Assembly: GCA_963786935.1 (NCBI GenBank)
Contig: CAWBAN010000003.1
Location: 128,001 to 192,000 of the forward strand
Length of the DNA stretch: 64,000 bases
Source: an uncultured bacterium
GTDB lineage: Bacteria > Krumholzibacteriota > Krumholzibacteriia > Krumholzibacteriales > Krumholzibacteriaceae
Reading direction: 5' to 3'
The position numbers were made by a program, and so were the translations under genes. Of this stretch, positions 30,414-40,711 are shown piece by piece. The notes under the pieces are model-generated. The model did no database searches and was not told the origin of the DNA. It worked only from the letters and a program-made list of their open reading frames with translations. The first letter of the stretch is position 1. The number at the start of each line of letters is the position of its first letter.

Positions 30414-32126
30414 CTACCACGAGGAGCCGAACAGGAAAAAGCCGGATCGGACGCTGCCGTAACTGCCGAGCTGCGGCAGATCGGTGCGCGTCGTGCCGGT
30501 CCAGAAGCATGGCACCGAATAGGTAGCGCTGATGCTCACGCCGCCCGAGTAGACGGTGCTCCCCTCGACGGCGATCGCGTAGACCCTGCCGTCGTTGGTG
30601 GGGCTGTACGTCGGCAAGTCGGTGCGCGTCGTGCCGGTCCAATAGCAGGGGACGTAGGTGGTGCTTAGGGAGTAGCCGCCGGTGTACACGATGCCTCCGG
30701 AAACGACGATGCAGATGGCGTTCGCGTCCGAGGCTCCGTTGGTAAGCTCGGTCCGAGCCGCTCCCCGCCAGTAGCACGCTCTGAAGCTGCTGACGCCGTC
30801 GTGCACCATGCCCGACGTGTAGATCTCTCCGGCATCCACGGCTATCGACCAGACATAAGCGTCGTGATCGTTCAATCCGTCGAATCCCGGATTTCCCGCG
30901 GAGTCCGTGTCGTCGTACCCCGGCAGATCGGTGCGGACTCCGTCGATCCAGTAGCAGGGAATCTGGACGCTCCCTCCTTGGGGCCGCATGGCATAATGAT
31001 ATCCCCCGACGTAGACCACCCCGCCGGCGACCGCCACCCCCGTCGCCCTTCCTCCAAACACGGGATACTGGCCCAGGTCGGTGCGCGAGCCCCCGATCCA
31101 GACGCACGGAATTTCCTTCGATCCGTCTTCGTAGTATCCCGAGACATACACCGTGCTTCCCTCGACGGCGACCGTCGTGGCGTACGCGTTATGCACGCCG
31201 TCGCCCGATAGGGCCGTCCGTGTGACGTTCCCATCGGAGGTCCGTATCCAGTAGCAGGGCACCTTGACGCTGGAGTCGTCGGTGTACGTTCCGGCGACAT
31301 AGGTCGCCCCGTTCGCGACAACGACCGGAGAGAAAGCCATCGCGTTGTGCGTGAGCTGGCCGGAGGGATCGAGCTCGATTCGCGATGATCCCTGCCAGTA
31401 GCAGGGGATGGTGCGTCCGGAACTGTACGTCCCCGCGAAACACTGCGACGATCCAGGCGCCTGCGGCGTCTGACTCGCGGCGGCGCTGAAATCGCTGCTC
31501 CCGCCGCTGTTGCGAGCCTTCACCCAGACGTAGTAGAGGGTGCCGTTGCTCAGGCCGGTGATCGTGCAGGACGTGTCGGTATCGTTGGCGTCCCCCGTGA
31601 ACTTCGTCGCGAGGCCGGTATCGTTGATGGTGCCGTAGTAGACTTCGTAGGACGTGGCTCCGGTCACCGCTCCCCATGTCACGATCAGCGCGTTGTTCGC
31701 CGGCGCGACGGACGCCGTGCCCGGCGTCGCCGGAGGAGCGACCGGTTCCACCGGCGTTTCGCTCGCGCCGCCGCTGAAGCCGCTGCTGCCCCCGCTGCTC
31801 CGGGCCTTGACCCAGACAAAGTAGGCGGTGCCGTTGCTCAGGCCTGTGATGATGCAGGTGGTATCCGTTTCATCCGGGTCCCCGGTGAACCTGGTCGCCG
31901 TGGCGCTGCTGTCGACCGTGTTGCAGTACACCTCGTAGGAGGTAGCTCCCGCCACGGCGCTCCATGTTACCGTAAGCTGATGATCGCCGGGAGTGACGGT
32001 GAGCGTGCCGGGGGCGGGGGGCGGGGTCTTCGTCGTCGGCGACACGCTGTCGTCGCCGCTGCAGCCCGCGAGGAGAACCAGGATCACGAGATACGAAAAA
32101 AGGTTCGAGATTGACCGCGCTCTCAT
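30414..32126 (-). CDS. Lipoprotein with two Fn3 domains and seven PCYW..RTDL repeats
   Basis: Lipobox LLAGC; two 'W.AV.GATSYEVY...ITGLSNGT.Y.VWVKAR' Fn3 units; seven repeats of about 45-60 aa. Confidence 0.85.
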   Translation of the reverse strand: MRARSISNLFSYLVILVLLAGCSGDDSVSPTTKTPPPAPGTLTVTPGDHQLTVTWSAVAGATSYEVYCNTVDSSATATRFTGDPDETDTTCIITGLSNGTAYFVWVKARSSGGSSGFSGGASETPVEPVAPPATPGTASVAPANNALIVTWGAVTGATSYEVYYGTINDTGLATKFTGDANDTDTSCTITGLSNGTLYYVWVKARNSGGSSDFSAAASQTPQAPGSSQCFAGTYSSGRTIPCYWQGSSRIELDPSGQLTHNAMAFSPVVVANGATYVAGTYTDDSSVKVPCYWIRTSDGNVTRTALSGDGVHNAYATTVAVEGSTVYVSGYYEDGSKEIPCVWIGGSRTDLGQYPVFGGRATGVAVAGGVVYVGGYHYAMRPQGGSVQIPCYWIDGVRTDLPGYDDTDSAGNPGFDGLNDHDAYVWSIAVDAGEIYTSGMVHDGVSSFRACYWRGAARTELTNGASDANAICIVVSGGIVYTGGYSLSTTYVPCYWTGTTRTDLPTYSPTNDGRVYAIAVEGSTVYSGGVSISATYSVPCFWTGTTRTDLPQLGSYGSVRSGFFLFGSSW

Positions 32127-32381
32127 TGCTGCAGCTCCTTCGTTGATGGGCGGCTCACGCTTCGAGCGTATTTTCGATCCGCTTCTCGACGCATCGCCGC
32201 CGTCTCGGGAGAGAGCGCCGCGGCGCCGTAAGAGGTCGATCCGCGAGAAGCGGTGGGCGGATCGATATGTCCGCGAAATATAGCAGCGGAGACTGCGCGC
32301 AGGCAAGCCCGGAATGGGCGATGGCGCCCCGCCTATCTGCCGGCAAATTGCGATAGGACGGCCCGCTCGGGATATCGCGCC

Positions 32382-34543
32382 CTAGCGGACGTTCATCCCC
32401 AGCCGCCACGACACGAACGCGAGGTAATCGGCGTACTCGTCGACGACCTTCTGCACCGGCGCGCCGATGCCGTGGCCGGCCTTCGTCTCGAAGCGCAGGA
32501 GCACCGGATCGTCCGAGGCGCTCGCCGCCTGGAGCCGGGCCGTCATCTTCATGGCGTGGGCCGGATCGACCCGCGAATCGCCGTCGGCGGTTGTGAGGAG
32601 GATCGCCGGGTAGCGCACGTCGTCGCGGACGTTGTGGTACGGCGAGTACTTGATGAGATAACCGAACTCGTCCGGCTTCCCCGGATCTCCGTACTCGGTG
32701 ATCCAGTAACGGCCGACCGAGAACAGGTGATAACGCATCATGTCGAGCACGGGGACGGCGCAGATCGCCGCCGCGCAGAGATCGGGACGCTGCGTGACGA
32801 TCGCCCCGACGAGGAGGCCGCCGTTCGATCCGCCGAAGACCGCGAGCCGCCGCGGCGACGTGTATTTCTCCGAGACGAGCCATTCCGCCGCCGCGATGAA
32901 GTCGTCGAAGACGTTCTGCTTGTTCTCGAGCATTCCCGCGCGGTGCCAATCCTCGCCGAATTCCCCCCCTCCCCGGATGCAGGCAACGGCGTAGATGCCG
33001 CCCATCTCCAACCAGGGGATGATCGTTTTCGAGAAGCCCGGCGTCATCGAAATATCGAAGCCGCCGTAGCCGTAGAGAATCGTCGGGTTGGAGCCGTCGC
33101 GGGGGGCGTCTTTCCCGCGGATGACGAACATCGGCACCCGCGTTCCGTCCTTCGATGGGAACCACACCTGCTCCACGGCGTACCGGGAGCCGTCCACCGG
33201 CGAGACGACACGATCGTACACGTCGATTCGATCGGTCGCGACGTCGAGGCGGTACACGGTCTGCGGCGTGAAAAACGACGTGAAGCCGAAGAAGAGCTCG
33301 CTCCCGCGCCATTCGCCTCCCATGCCGTACAGCGTGCCGATGCCGGGAAGCTCGATCTCGCGCAGCAGCGCGCCGCCCGCGTCGAATTCGCGGAGGCGGC
33401 TCGATGCGTTCTCGAGATACGACGCGAAGATCCTGCCGCCGATGAAGACGGCCTGCTCGAGCTTGGCTTTCGATTCGGGAATGATTTCCCGCCAGCTATC
33501 GCGGGCCGGATTCGCCGCGTCCGTTTTGAAGAGGCGATAGTTCGGCGCGCCGTCGTTCGTCTGGATGAAGAGGGAGTCGTCGCATACCGTCCCGAAGAAA
33601 TGGGCGTCGACGCTTCCCGAGACGTCGATGAACGGGGCGTCCTTCGCGCGCAGGTCCTTGATATAGAGGGCGGTTTTGTTCGCCGTCTGCGAAACGTGGA
33701 TAACGAGGAATCGTCCGTCGTCGGACAGGTCGCACGACGGCCAGTCCTGCATGTCGCGTCCCTCGCCGAAAACGATCTCGTCGAGCGCGGGATCGTCGCC
33801 GAGCTTATGGAAGAATATGCGCCCGTGGAAATGCTCTTCCCCCTCCGGCACGTCCCCCGGTTTCGGAAAACGCATGTAATAGAATCCGCTCCCGTCGGGA
33901 AGCCACGCGACGCTGCTCGCCCGCGTGCGCGCGATCGTGTCCTCGAGCCTTTCGCCCGTGTCGACGTCGAGCACGTGGAGCGTGCTCTGCTCGCTTCCCC
34001 TTCGGACAGGCCGTACGCGAGGAAGCGGCCGTCCCGGGAAGGAAACCACCAGTCGACCGCGACGATCCCCTCGGCGCTGAGCGAGTTCGGATCGAGGAGC
34101 GCCTTCCGCTCGCCGAAGGCGCCCTCGCGCCAGTACAGCACGGGCTGGTTTTCGTTCCCCTCGCGCCGCTCGAGGAAATAGCGGTTCCCCGCGACCTCCG
34201 GCACGCCGATCGTGCCGATCGACAGCAGCTCGGCGAGCCGTTTTTCGATGGCGCTCCGCTCCGGGACGGCATCGAGGACGGCGCGGGTGAGCTCGTTCTG
34301 CGCGTCGATCCACGACCTGACGCCGGCGTCCCCCGTATTCTCCATCCATCGGTAGGGATCGGCGATCGCCCTCCCGTGAAGCGTGTCGATGACCGTCTCC
34401 GTTCGAGCGGGGGGGTATCGATGGTTCGTGCCGCTGAAGTCTTTCACGGTGCCTCCCTGTGTCGCCGCCGCGGGCATGACGGGAAGTGCGAATATCAGAA
34501 GAAAGGTGGCCAAGAGTTGGGTCATCGAGCCGTTGCCGCGCAT
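32382..34543 (-). pseudogene. Prolyl oligopeptidase (S9A) split by a 1-nt frameshift (possibly a sequencing error)
   Basis: N-part (signal peptide, DPYRWME, LLDPN) and C-part (YGYGGF, GGSNGGLL, DSRVDP, AGHG) lie in different frames. One extra G in the run at 33997-34000 restores LSEGGSEQ. Confidence 0.85.
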
Positions 34544-34755
34544 CGCGATCTCCTTTCGGGTGCGAGAAAAACGATGATACAGGGACGCGCCGGGCGAATC
34601 AATCGCATTCTCCGCGGATGTCGTGGGGCGGGTCCGCGCCGCGGCGAGGCTCTGCGTTTCTATGGAAATGATGCGCCGCATGATGTATAGTTGCAGCGAG
34701 GTCCGCATTGACCGCAACTACCCGCAGCAGGGAGCGCCACCGCCGGAGGTTCACC

Positions 34756-37700
34756 GTGAAAAATTTCAACATGCTGTCGATCTCGATTTTGGTTCTGCTC
34801 GCGCTCGCATTCGGCGCGTCGGGCCAGGCGTCCCCCAAGAAACGGGCGGATCTCGGGAGCATGGCGGCGGGTCTCCTCAAGGCGAGCACGGAGAATCGCG
34901 CGCGGGCGCTCGGCCTCGCCGACTCCCTCGGCTGGCCGGTCGGCGGCGTGCTGCCGGGCGGGAAATCGTTCGCGCTCCAGGGCATCGAGTACGGGATGCC
35001 CTTCTACTACACGACGTTCAATCTCGACGCGGCGCGGTCGACCCGCACCGACAGCGTGCAGCATTACATCGGGGGAGGCGCCGGCTTCACGATCGGCCTC
35101 TGGGACGGGAACGCCCCGCGCACGACGCATCAGGAGCTCGCGGGACGGGTCGTCTGGAAGGACGTGAGGTCGCTCATCCCCGACGATCACGCGACGCACG
35201 TCGCGGGAACGATGATCGCGTCGGGCGTGAAGCCGCAGGCGAAGGGCATGGCGCCCGAGGCGTCGATCAGCGCATACGAGTGGACGGACGACGCGGCGGA
35301 GATGGCCGGCGAGGCCTCCCGCGGCCTCCTCGTCTCGAACCATTCGTACGGCTATATCCGCGGATGGATAGATCTCGGCGACTGGTACTGGTTCGGCGAC
35401 ACGGCGATCAGCGAAACCGAGGACTACCTCTTCGGATTCTACTCGGCGACGGCGCGCGAAATGGACGAGCTCCTCTACGCGGCCCCCAACTATCTTCCCG
35501 TGCATTCGGCGGGGAACGACCGCAACGATTTTTCGCCGGGGGCCGTCCCGCACTACTTCTGGGACGCGCGGGCGCAGGCGTGGCGGGTGAGCACGAAGCT
35601 CCGCGACAACGACGGCGGCGCGCTCGGGTACGACTGCATCCCGAACGGCCCCGGCGTTTCCAAGAACGCGCTCACGATCGGCGCCGTCGAGGACGTGCTC
35701 TCGTATACCGGCCCCGAGTCGGTCGTGATGGCGTCGTTCAGCAGCTGGGGTCCGACCGACGACGGGCGCATCAAGCCCGATCTCTGCGGAAACGGCTGGG
35801 CGGTCTATTCGAGCGTCGCGACGTCCGACACGTCGTACGACACGTACTACGGCACATCGATGGCCTCGCCGAACGTCTGCGGCTCGCTCGGGCTGCTGCA
35901 GGATTACTATAAGGATCATCACGCCGGGATTCCGATGAAAGCTGCGACGCTCAAGGCGCTCGTGCTTCACACGGCGCGCGAGGCGGGAGGGGCGCCCGGC
36001 CCCGATTACGCGTTCGGCTGGGGGCTCCTCGACGCTTACGCCGCATACCGCCATATCGAGCGCGATCTCGACGAAAAGAAAGGGCTCATCGAGGAGTACA
36101 CGCTCTCGGACGGCGTCCCGGTCGAGCTCTACTATCTGAGCGACGGAACGGAGAGCGAGCTCAGGGTGACCGTATGCTGGACCGATCCGCCCGGCACGTG
36201 TCCCGCGCCTGCGCTCGATCCGGGCGATCTCATGCTCGTGAACGATCTCGACCTCCGCGTGGACAAGGACGGCGCCCTGCACGAGCCGTGGACGCTCGAT
36301 CCGCTCGATCCGGCGGCTCCCGCCGTCGCGGGAGACAACTACCGGGACAACGTGGAGCAGGTGCTGATCGAGAGCCCCGAGGCGGGTATGTACGTCGTGC
36401 GGGTCGGCCACAAGGGCTCCCTCGCGGGAGGCTCGCAGGACTTCTCGATCGTCGTTTCGGGCGCGGTGCGCACGAAGACGTGGCGCGTCTACCCCGACGG
36501 CTCGGGAGACGCCCCGACGATCGCCGCCGCCGTCGATTCCGCCGCGGACGCCGATCAGATCTTCGTCTACGCGGGGGTGTACCGGGAGCACGACATCCTC
36601 GTCGACAAGCCGGTGCTCATCAAGGGGATCAAGGGCTCCACGCTGACCGTGGTCAACGCGGAAGGGCTCGGCCGCTGCTTCACCATTTCCACCGAAGCGG
36701 GGGCGGCGCGGATCGAGGATCTCACCCTCCGGGGCGGCTCGGCGGGCGCCTCGGGCAACGGGGGGGCCGTTCTCTGCTCCGATGCGGACGCCGAGATCGT
36801 CGCGTGCGTTATCACGCGGAATGACGCGGCTCGCGGCGGGGGCGTATTCCTCGACGGGGGTGGCGCCCTGAGATCGTGCAGGATACTCGCGAATACCGCG
36901 CAGCAGGACGGCGGCGGCATCTACGTGTACTCCGGGAGCCCGTCGATCGAGGCGTGCGTCGTGGCGCAGAACGTCGCGGCCGCGGACGGCGGCGGCATCT
37001 ACTGCGGCAGCGCTTCCCCGTCGATCTCCCGCTGCACCGTGGCCCACAACGCGGCATCGGGGCTCGGCGGCGGATTGCATTTCGACGAGACGGGCGGGGG
37101 CTCCGTCGGCAACTCGATCGTCGCCTTCACGCTCGCGGGGTCGGGCGCGCATCAGGACGGCTCGTCGGGAACGGTCGCGTTCTCCTGCTGCGATTTCTAC
37201 GATAACTCGGGGGGGAGCTTCGGCGGCGCCCTTTCCGGCTACTCCGAAGGGGAGAATTTCTCCGCCGATCCCCAGTTCTGCGAATTCGCGGATTTCAATT
37301 ACGGAATCGGGGACGGCTCGCCGTGCCTGCCGGAAGGCAACGCGTGCGGCGTTCTCGTCGGCGCGCTCGGCGCGCGCTGCCATTCGAAGACCATGTGGCT
37401 CGTGCGGGCGGACGGATCGGGAGACGCACCGACGATACAGGCGGCGATCGATCGCGCCGCCGCGGGGGACACGATTCTGCTCGCCGCGGGTGTCTACACC
37501 GGCCTCGGGAACTTCGATATCGAGTTCCGCGGCAAGAACGTCACGATCCGCTCCGCGAGCGGCCCCGATTCGACGATCGTCGATTGCGGCGGCACGGTTG
37601 GGGAGATCCACGGGGGATTCAGCTATACGGCGGGGGAGGATTCGACATCGGCGCTCGAGGGGATCACCGTGAAGCACGCCGCGCTCACCGGCATCCGCTG

Positions 37701-40470
37701 CTCGGGCTCGAGCCCCGTCATTCGCGGCTGCGTCATCGACAGCTGCAGGACGACCGGCGGGGCGCGCGGGGGCGCGTTCTATATCGAGAAATCGTCCGCG
37801 AAGGTGCTCGGCTGCACCATCACGAACAACAGCGTCGACACGAACGGGGGAGGCCTGTACTGCAAGGAGGCGACGTCGCGCATCGAGGACTGCGTGATCT
37901 CCGGGAACACCGCGGCCAAGTACGGAGGCGGGATCGCCGCGGGGACGACTTCCGTTCTGGATATCGTCGGCTGCACGGTGAGCGGAAACCTCGCGAGCGC
38001 CGAATCGGGCGGCGGGATCTACGTCATCTCCGCCCGTGTGCGTCTCGATTCGTGCGTGATATCCGGCAACACCGGCACGTTCGGCGGCGGGATCTTCAAC
38101 GGCACGAGCGGAATCGCCGCGATCAAAAACTCGGTCGTGAGCGGGAACGTCGCGCGGAGCGGCGGAGGCGGCGCGTACAGCGCGACGAACCTGACGATGG
38201 AGAATTGCACGGTCGTCGGAAACTCGGCCGTGTACTACGGCGCGGGGCTCGAGTGCTTCTACGGCGCGAGCAACACGATCGCGCGCTCGATCGTCGCCTT
38301 CAATGTGGCCAAGGAGGGCATCTACACGGGGAGCGGCACGCTAATCATCTCGTGCAGCGACGTGTACGGGAATCCGGGCGGCAACTACGGCGGGACCACG
38401 CCCAACCAGACGGGGTTGAACGGCAACATTTCGAGCGATCCCTCGTTCTGCGACGCGGGCGCTCTCGATTTCAGCCTCTACGACACGTCGCCGTGCGCCC
38501 CGGCGGCGAGCCCGTGCGGCCGGCTCATCGGCGGGCGGGCAGTCGGGTGCCGGATCGCGCCGAACCTCTCTTTTACGTCCGTGGAGTACAGCGCGCTCGC
38601 CGCGCCCGCGCACGGATCGATATTCGTCACGGCGGTCGTTCAGAACACCGGCGCCGTGGCCGCGGACAGCTTCGCGATCGATTTCTATTCGAACCGGTCT
38701 TCGGCGCCCGTCGCCGGGGAGACGGGGGACTTCAGACGCGTCGTTTATTCGCTTGCCGTCGGCGATACCGCGATGTTCACGGCCGGGCCGATCACGAGCG
38801 ATACCATCGGCGAATGGAACAGCTGGGCGGCCGTCGACGCCGGCGGCTGGGTCGTCGAGACGGACGAGACCGACAACGTGCACGGGCCGACTGCAATCGG
38901 CTGGGACGTTCCGCGCGAGCCGGGCTGGCCGGTCGCAATGAGGTGGAATCATCGCATGTCGCCTCTTCTCGTCGATGCGGACGGGGACCCGAACACACTC
39001 GAAGTGTTCGCCGGGTCATACGATGGAAAGATCCATGCATGGAAGTCGGACGGCACGCCCCTCGCCGGTTGGCCCGTCAGCGGGGGAACGCTCCTCTGTA
39101 ATCTGGCGGCGGGGGATATCACCGGAGATTCCGGCATCGAGATAGTGGCCTGCGACGGCCCATTCGTCAAAGCCTATTCGAGCGCCGGGGTGAAGCTTTG
39201 GGAGCACGCGGCGACCAGCGGTTACGCTGCCGTACTGGCGCTCGGAGACCTCGACGGAGACGGCAAGCTCGAGGTCCTCTGCGGCTCGATGGCCTGGGAC
39301 GGGGACCTCCATTTCATAAGAGGTGACGGAACTCCCTATCCGGGCGGCTGCTCGGTTCCCGCGAGCTCCCCGGCGATCGCCGACGTCGACGGCGACGGAA
39401 AGGCCGAAATCGCGATTTTTCTCACCGAAGACGTGTTTCCGGCTCCGGGGCAGGCGGTCCCCGCGTATACGTCTCAGCTGTATCTCCTGAACGACGACGG
39501 AACGACATGCCCCGGCTGGCCCGTCTCGCTCGAGGCGCTGCCTGCGGGGGATCCCGTTATCGGCGACGTGGCCGGCACTCACCAGGATCTCGAGATCGTC
39601 GCGGTTGACGCGAACGGGCTCGTACATGCCTGGGATGTCGGAGGGAATCCGTGCTTCACGCCGGTGAAGATGCCCGGAGCGGTCGAATCGTCCCCCGCGC
39701 TCGCGAACATTGATCGCGACGGCTACCTCGACATCGCCGTGACGTCGAGACGCTACGTCGAGAACGGGGGAAACGGATACTGGGAAGGCTTCACGAGCGT
39801 CATCGAGGGGAGAGGGGCGCTCATCGATTCGCAGAAGATCTGGCAGGGCGATTCGGATCCGGGCGTGTTTCCTTCGCCGATCGTCATCGGGGATCCTCCC
39901 GAGGTCCTCGCGGCCGTTCCCGGCGGTGAGATCCACGGTTTCGATCTCTCGTTCCCCTGCTGCCCGTTCATTGCCTGGACTCCCGCCGCAGGCGATATTG
40001 ACGGCGACGGCCGGGTCGAGATCCTCGCCGTGTGCGGGAACGATTCGCTCTACGCCTACGAGCTCTGCACGAGCCGCGCGGCGCCGAACGCCCTTTGGTG
40101 GCCTCAGCTCCGCAGAAACGCCGCGCGCACGGGCTCCTACGGGTACGAACCCGTCACCGATGCGGACGGGAACGATGCGTCGAGCACTCCGAAGATCACG
40201 GCTCTCCGCTCGATCTATCCGAATCCCTTCAATCCGATCGCGCGGATCGCCTTCGACGTAAGCGAGCGGTCGAGGGTGACGCTCGCGATCTACGACGTCT
40301 CGGGGCGTTCGGTTGCCGTCCTCGCCGACCGCGAGATGGAGCCCGGCCGCTACGAAGCGGTCTGGAACGGACGCACGGGCACGGGGCGCACCGCCGCATC
40401 CGGCATCTATTTCTGCAGGCTCGTCGCGGGGAGGACCGTCGAGACGAAAAAGATGGTGCTTCTGAGATAA
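34756..40470 (+). CDS. Secreted multidomain S8 subtilase (S8 + 2 beta-helix modules + CARDB-like + FG-GAP + FlgD-like CTD)
   Basis: WDG, HATHVAGT, GTSMASP triad; GGG(I/V) beta-helix repeats; VQNTG...VVETDETDN; DxDGDG repeats; YPNPFNP tail; GGAGG RBS before GTG. Confidence 0.92.
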   Translation: MKNFNMLSISILVLLALAFGASGQASPKKRADLGSMAAGLLKASTENRARALGLADSLGWPVGGVLPGGKSFALQGIEYGMPFYYTTFNLDAARSTRTDSVQHYIGGGAGFTIGLWDGNAPRTTHQELAGRVVWKDVRSLIPDDHATHVAGTMIASGVKPQAKGMAPEASISAYEWTDDAAEMAGEASRGLLVSNHSYGYIRGWIDLGDWYWFGDTAISETEDYLFGFYSATAREMDELLYAAPNYLPVHSAGNDRNDFSPGAVPHYFWDARAQAWRVSTKLRDNDGGALGYDCIPNGPGVSKNALTIGAVEDVLSYTGPESVVMASFSSWGPTDDGRIKPDLCGNGWAVYSSVATSDTSYDTYYGTSMASPNVCGSLGLLQDYYKDHHAGIPMKAATLKALVLHTAREAGGAPGPDYAFGWGLLDAYAAYRHIERDLDEKKGLIEEYTLSDGVPVELYYLSDGTESELRVTVCWTDPPGTCPAPALDPGDLMLVNDLDLRVDKDGALHEPWTLDPLDPAAPAVAGDNYRDNVEQVLIESPEAGMYVVRVGHKGSLAGGSQDFSIVVSGAVRTKTWRVYPDGSGDAPTIAAAVDSAADADQIFVYAGVYREHDILVDKPVLIKGIKGSTLTVVNAEGLGRCFTISTEAGAARIEDLTLRGGSAGASGNGGAVLCSDADAEIVACVITRNDAARGGGVFLDGGGALRSCRILANTAQQDGGGIYVYSGSPSIEACVVAQNVAAADGGGIYCGSASPSISRCTVAHNAASGLGGGLHFDETGGGSVGNSIVAFTLAGSGAHQDGSSGTVAFSCCDFYDNSGGSFGGALSGYSEGENFSADPQFCEFADFNYGIGDGSPCLPEGNACGVLVGALGARCHSKTMWLVRADGSGDAPTIQAAIDRAAAGDTILLAAGVYTGLGNFDIEFRGKNVTIRSASGPDSTIVDCGGTVGEIHGGFSYTAGEDSTSALEGITVKHAALTGIRCSGSSPVIRGCVIDSCRTTGGARGGAFYIEKSSAKVLGCTITNNSVDTNGGGLYCKEATSRIEDCVISGNTAAKYGGGIAAGTTSVLDIVGCTVSGNLASAESGGGIYVISARVRLDSCVISGNTGTFGGGIFNGTSGIAAIKNSVVSGNVARSGGGGAYSATNLTMENCTVVGNSAVYYGAGLECFYGASNTIARSIVAFNVAKEGIYTGSGTLIISCSDVYGNPGGNYGGTTPNQTGLNGNISSDPSFCDAGALDFSLYDTSPCAPAASPCGRLIGGRAVGCRIAPNLSFTSVEYSALAAPAHGSIFVTAVVQNTGAVAADSFAIDFYSNRSSAPVAGETGDFRRVVYSLAVGDTAMFTAGPITSDTIGEWNSWAAVDAGGWVVETDETDNVHGPTAIGWDVPREPGWPVAMRWNHRMSPLLVDADGDPNTLEVFAGSYDGKIHAWKSDGTPLAGWPVSGGTLLCNLAAGDITGDSGIEIVACDGPFVKAYSSAGVKLWEHAATSGYAAVLALGDLDGDGKLEVLCGSMAWDGDLHFIRGDGTPYPGGCSVPASSPAIADVDGDGKAEIAIFLTEDVFPAPGQAVPAYTSQLYLLNDDGTTCPGWPVSLEALPAGDPVIGDVAGTHQDLEIVAVDANGLVHAWDVGGNPCFTPVKMPGAVESSPALANIDRDGYLDIAVTSRRYVENGGNGYWEGFTSVIEGRGALIDSQKIWQGDSDPGVFPSPIVIGDPPEVLAAVPGGEIHGFDLSFPCCPFIAWTPAAGDIDGDGRVEILAVCGNDSLYAYELCTSRAAPNALWWPQLRRNAARTGSYGYEPVTDADGNDASSTPKITALRSIYPNPFNPIARIAFDVSERSRVTLAIYDVSGRSVAVLADREMEPGRYEAVWNGRTGTGRTAASGIYFCRLVAGRTVETKKMVLLR

Positions 40471-40505
40471 CATTTTCGGCGGTAAGCAGTTAGCCAGTTC
40501 GATCG

Positions 40506-40533
40506 AAGGGCGGCCCGGAACGGCCGCCCTTTT
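40506..40533 (+). terminator. Intrinsic terminator
   Basis: aagggcggcc/ggccgccctt stem followed by Ts. Confidence 0.75.
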
Positions 40534-40711
40534 CTATTGAAAGCATTTATTAACTTATGATATAATAATGCATTGAATAGCTATACCGTAATAATTGTAA
40601 TTATTGCCGTATCTTGCTCTCAATATGGGTAATTTCGGCGGTTTCATCTCCCGATGAAACCACGCTCGATAGCGATGAAAACGGTCACCGTTCTTTGATC
40701 GGAGGTCCCCG

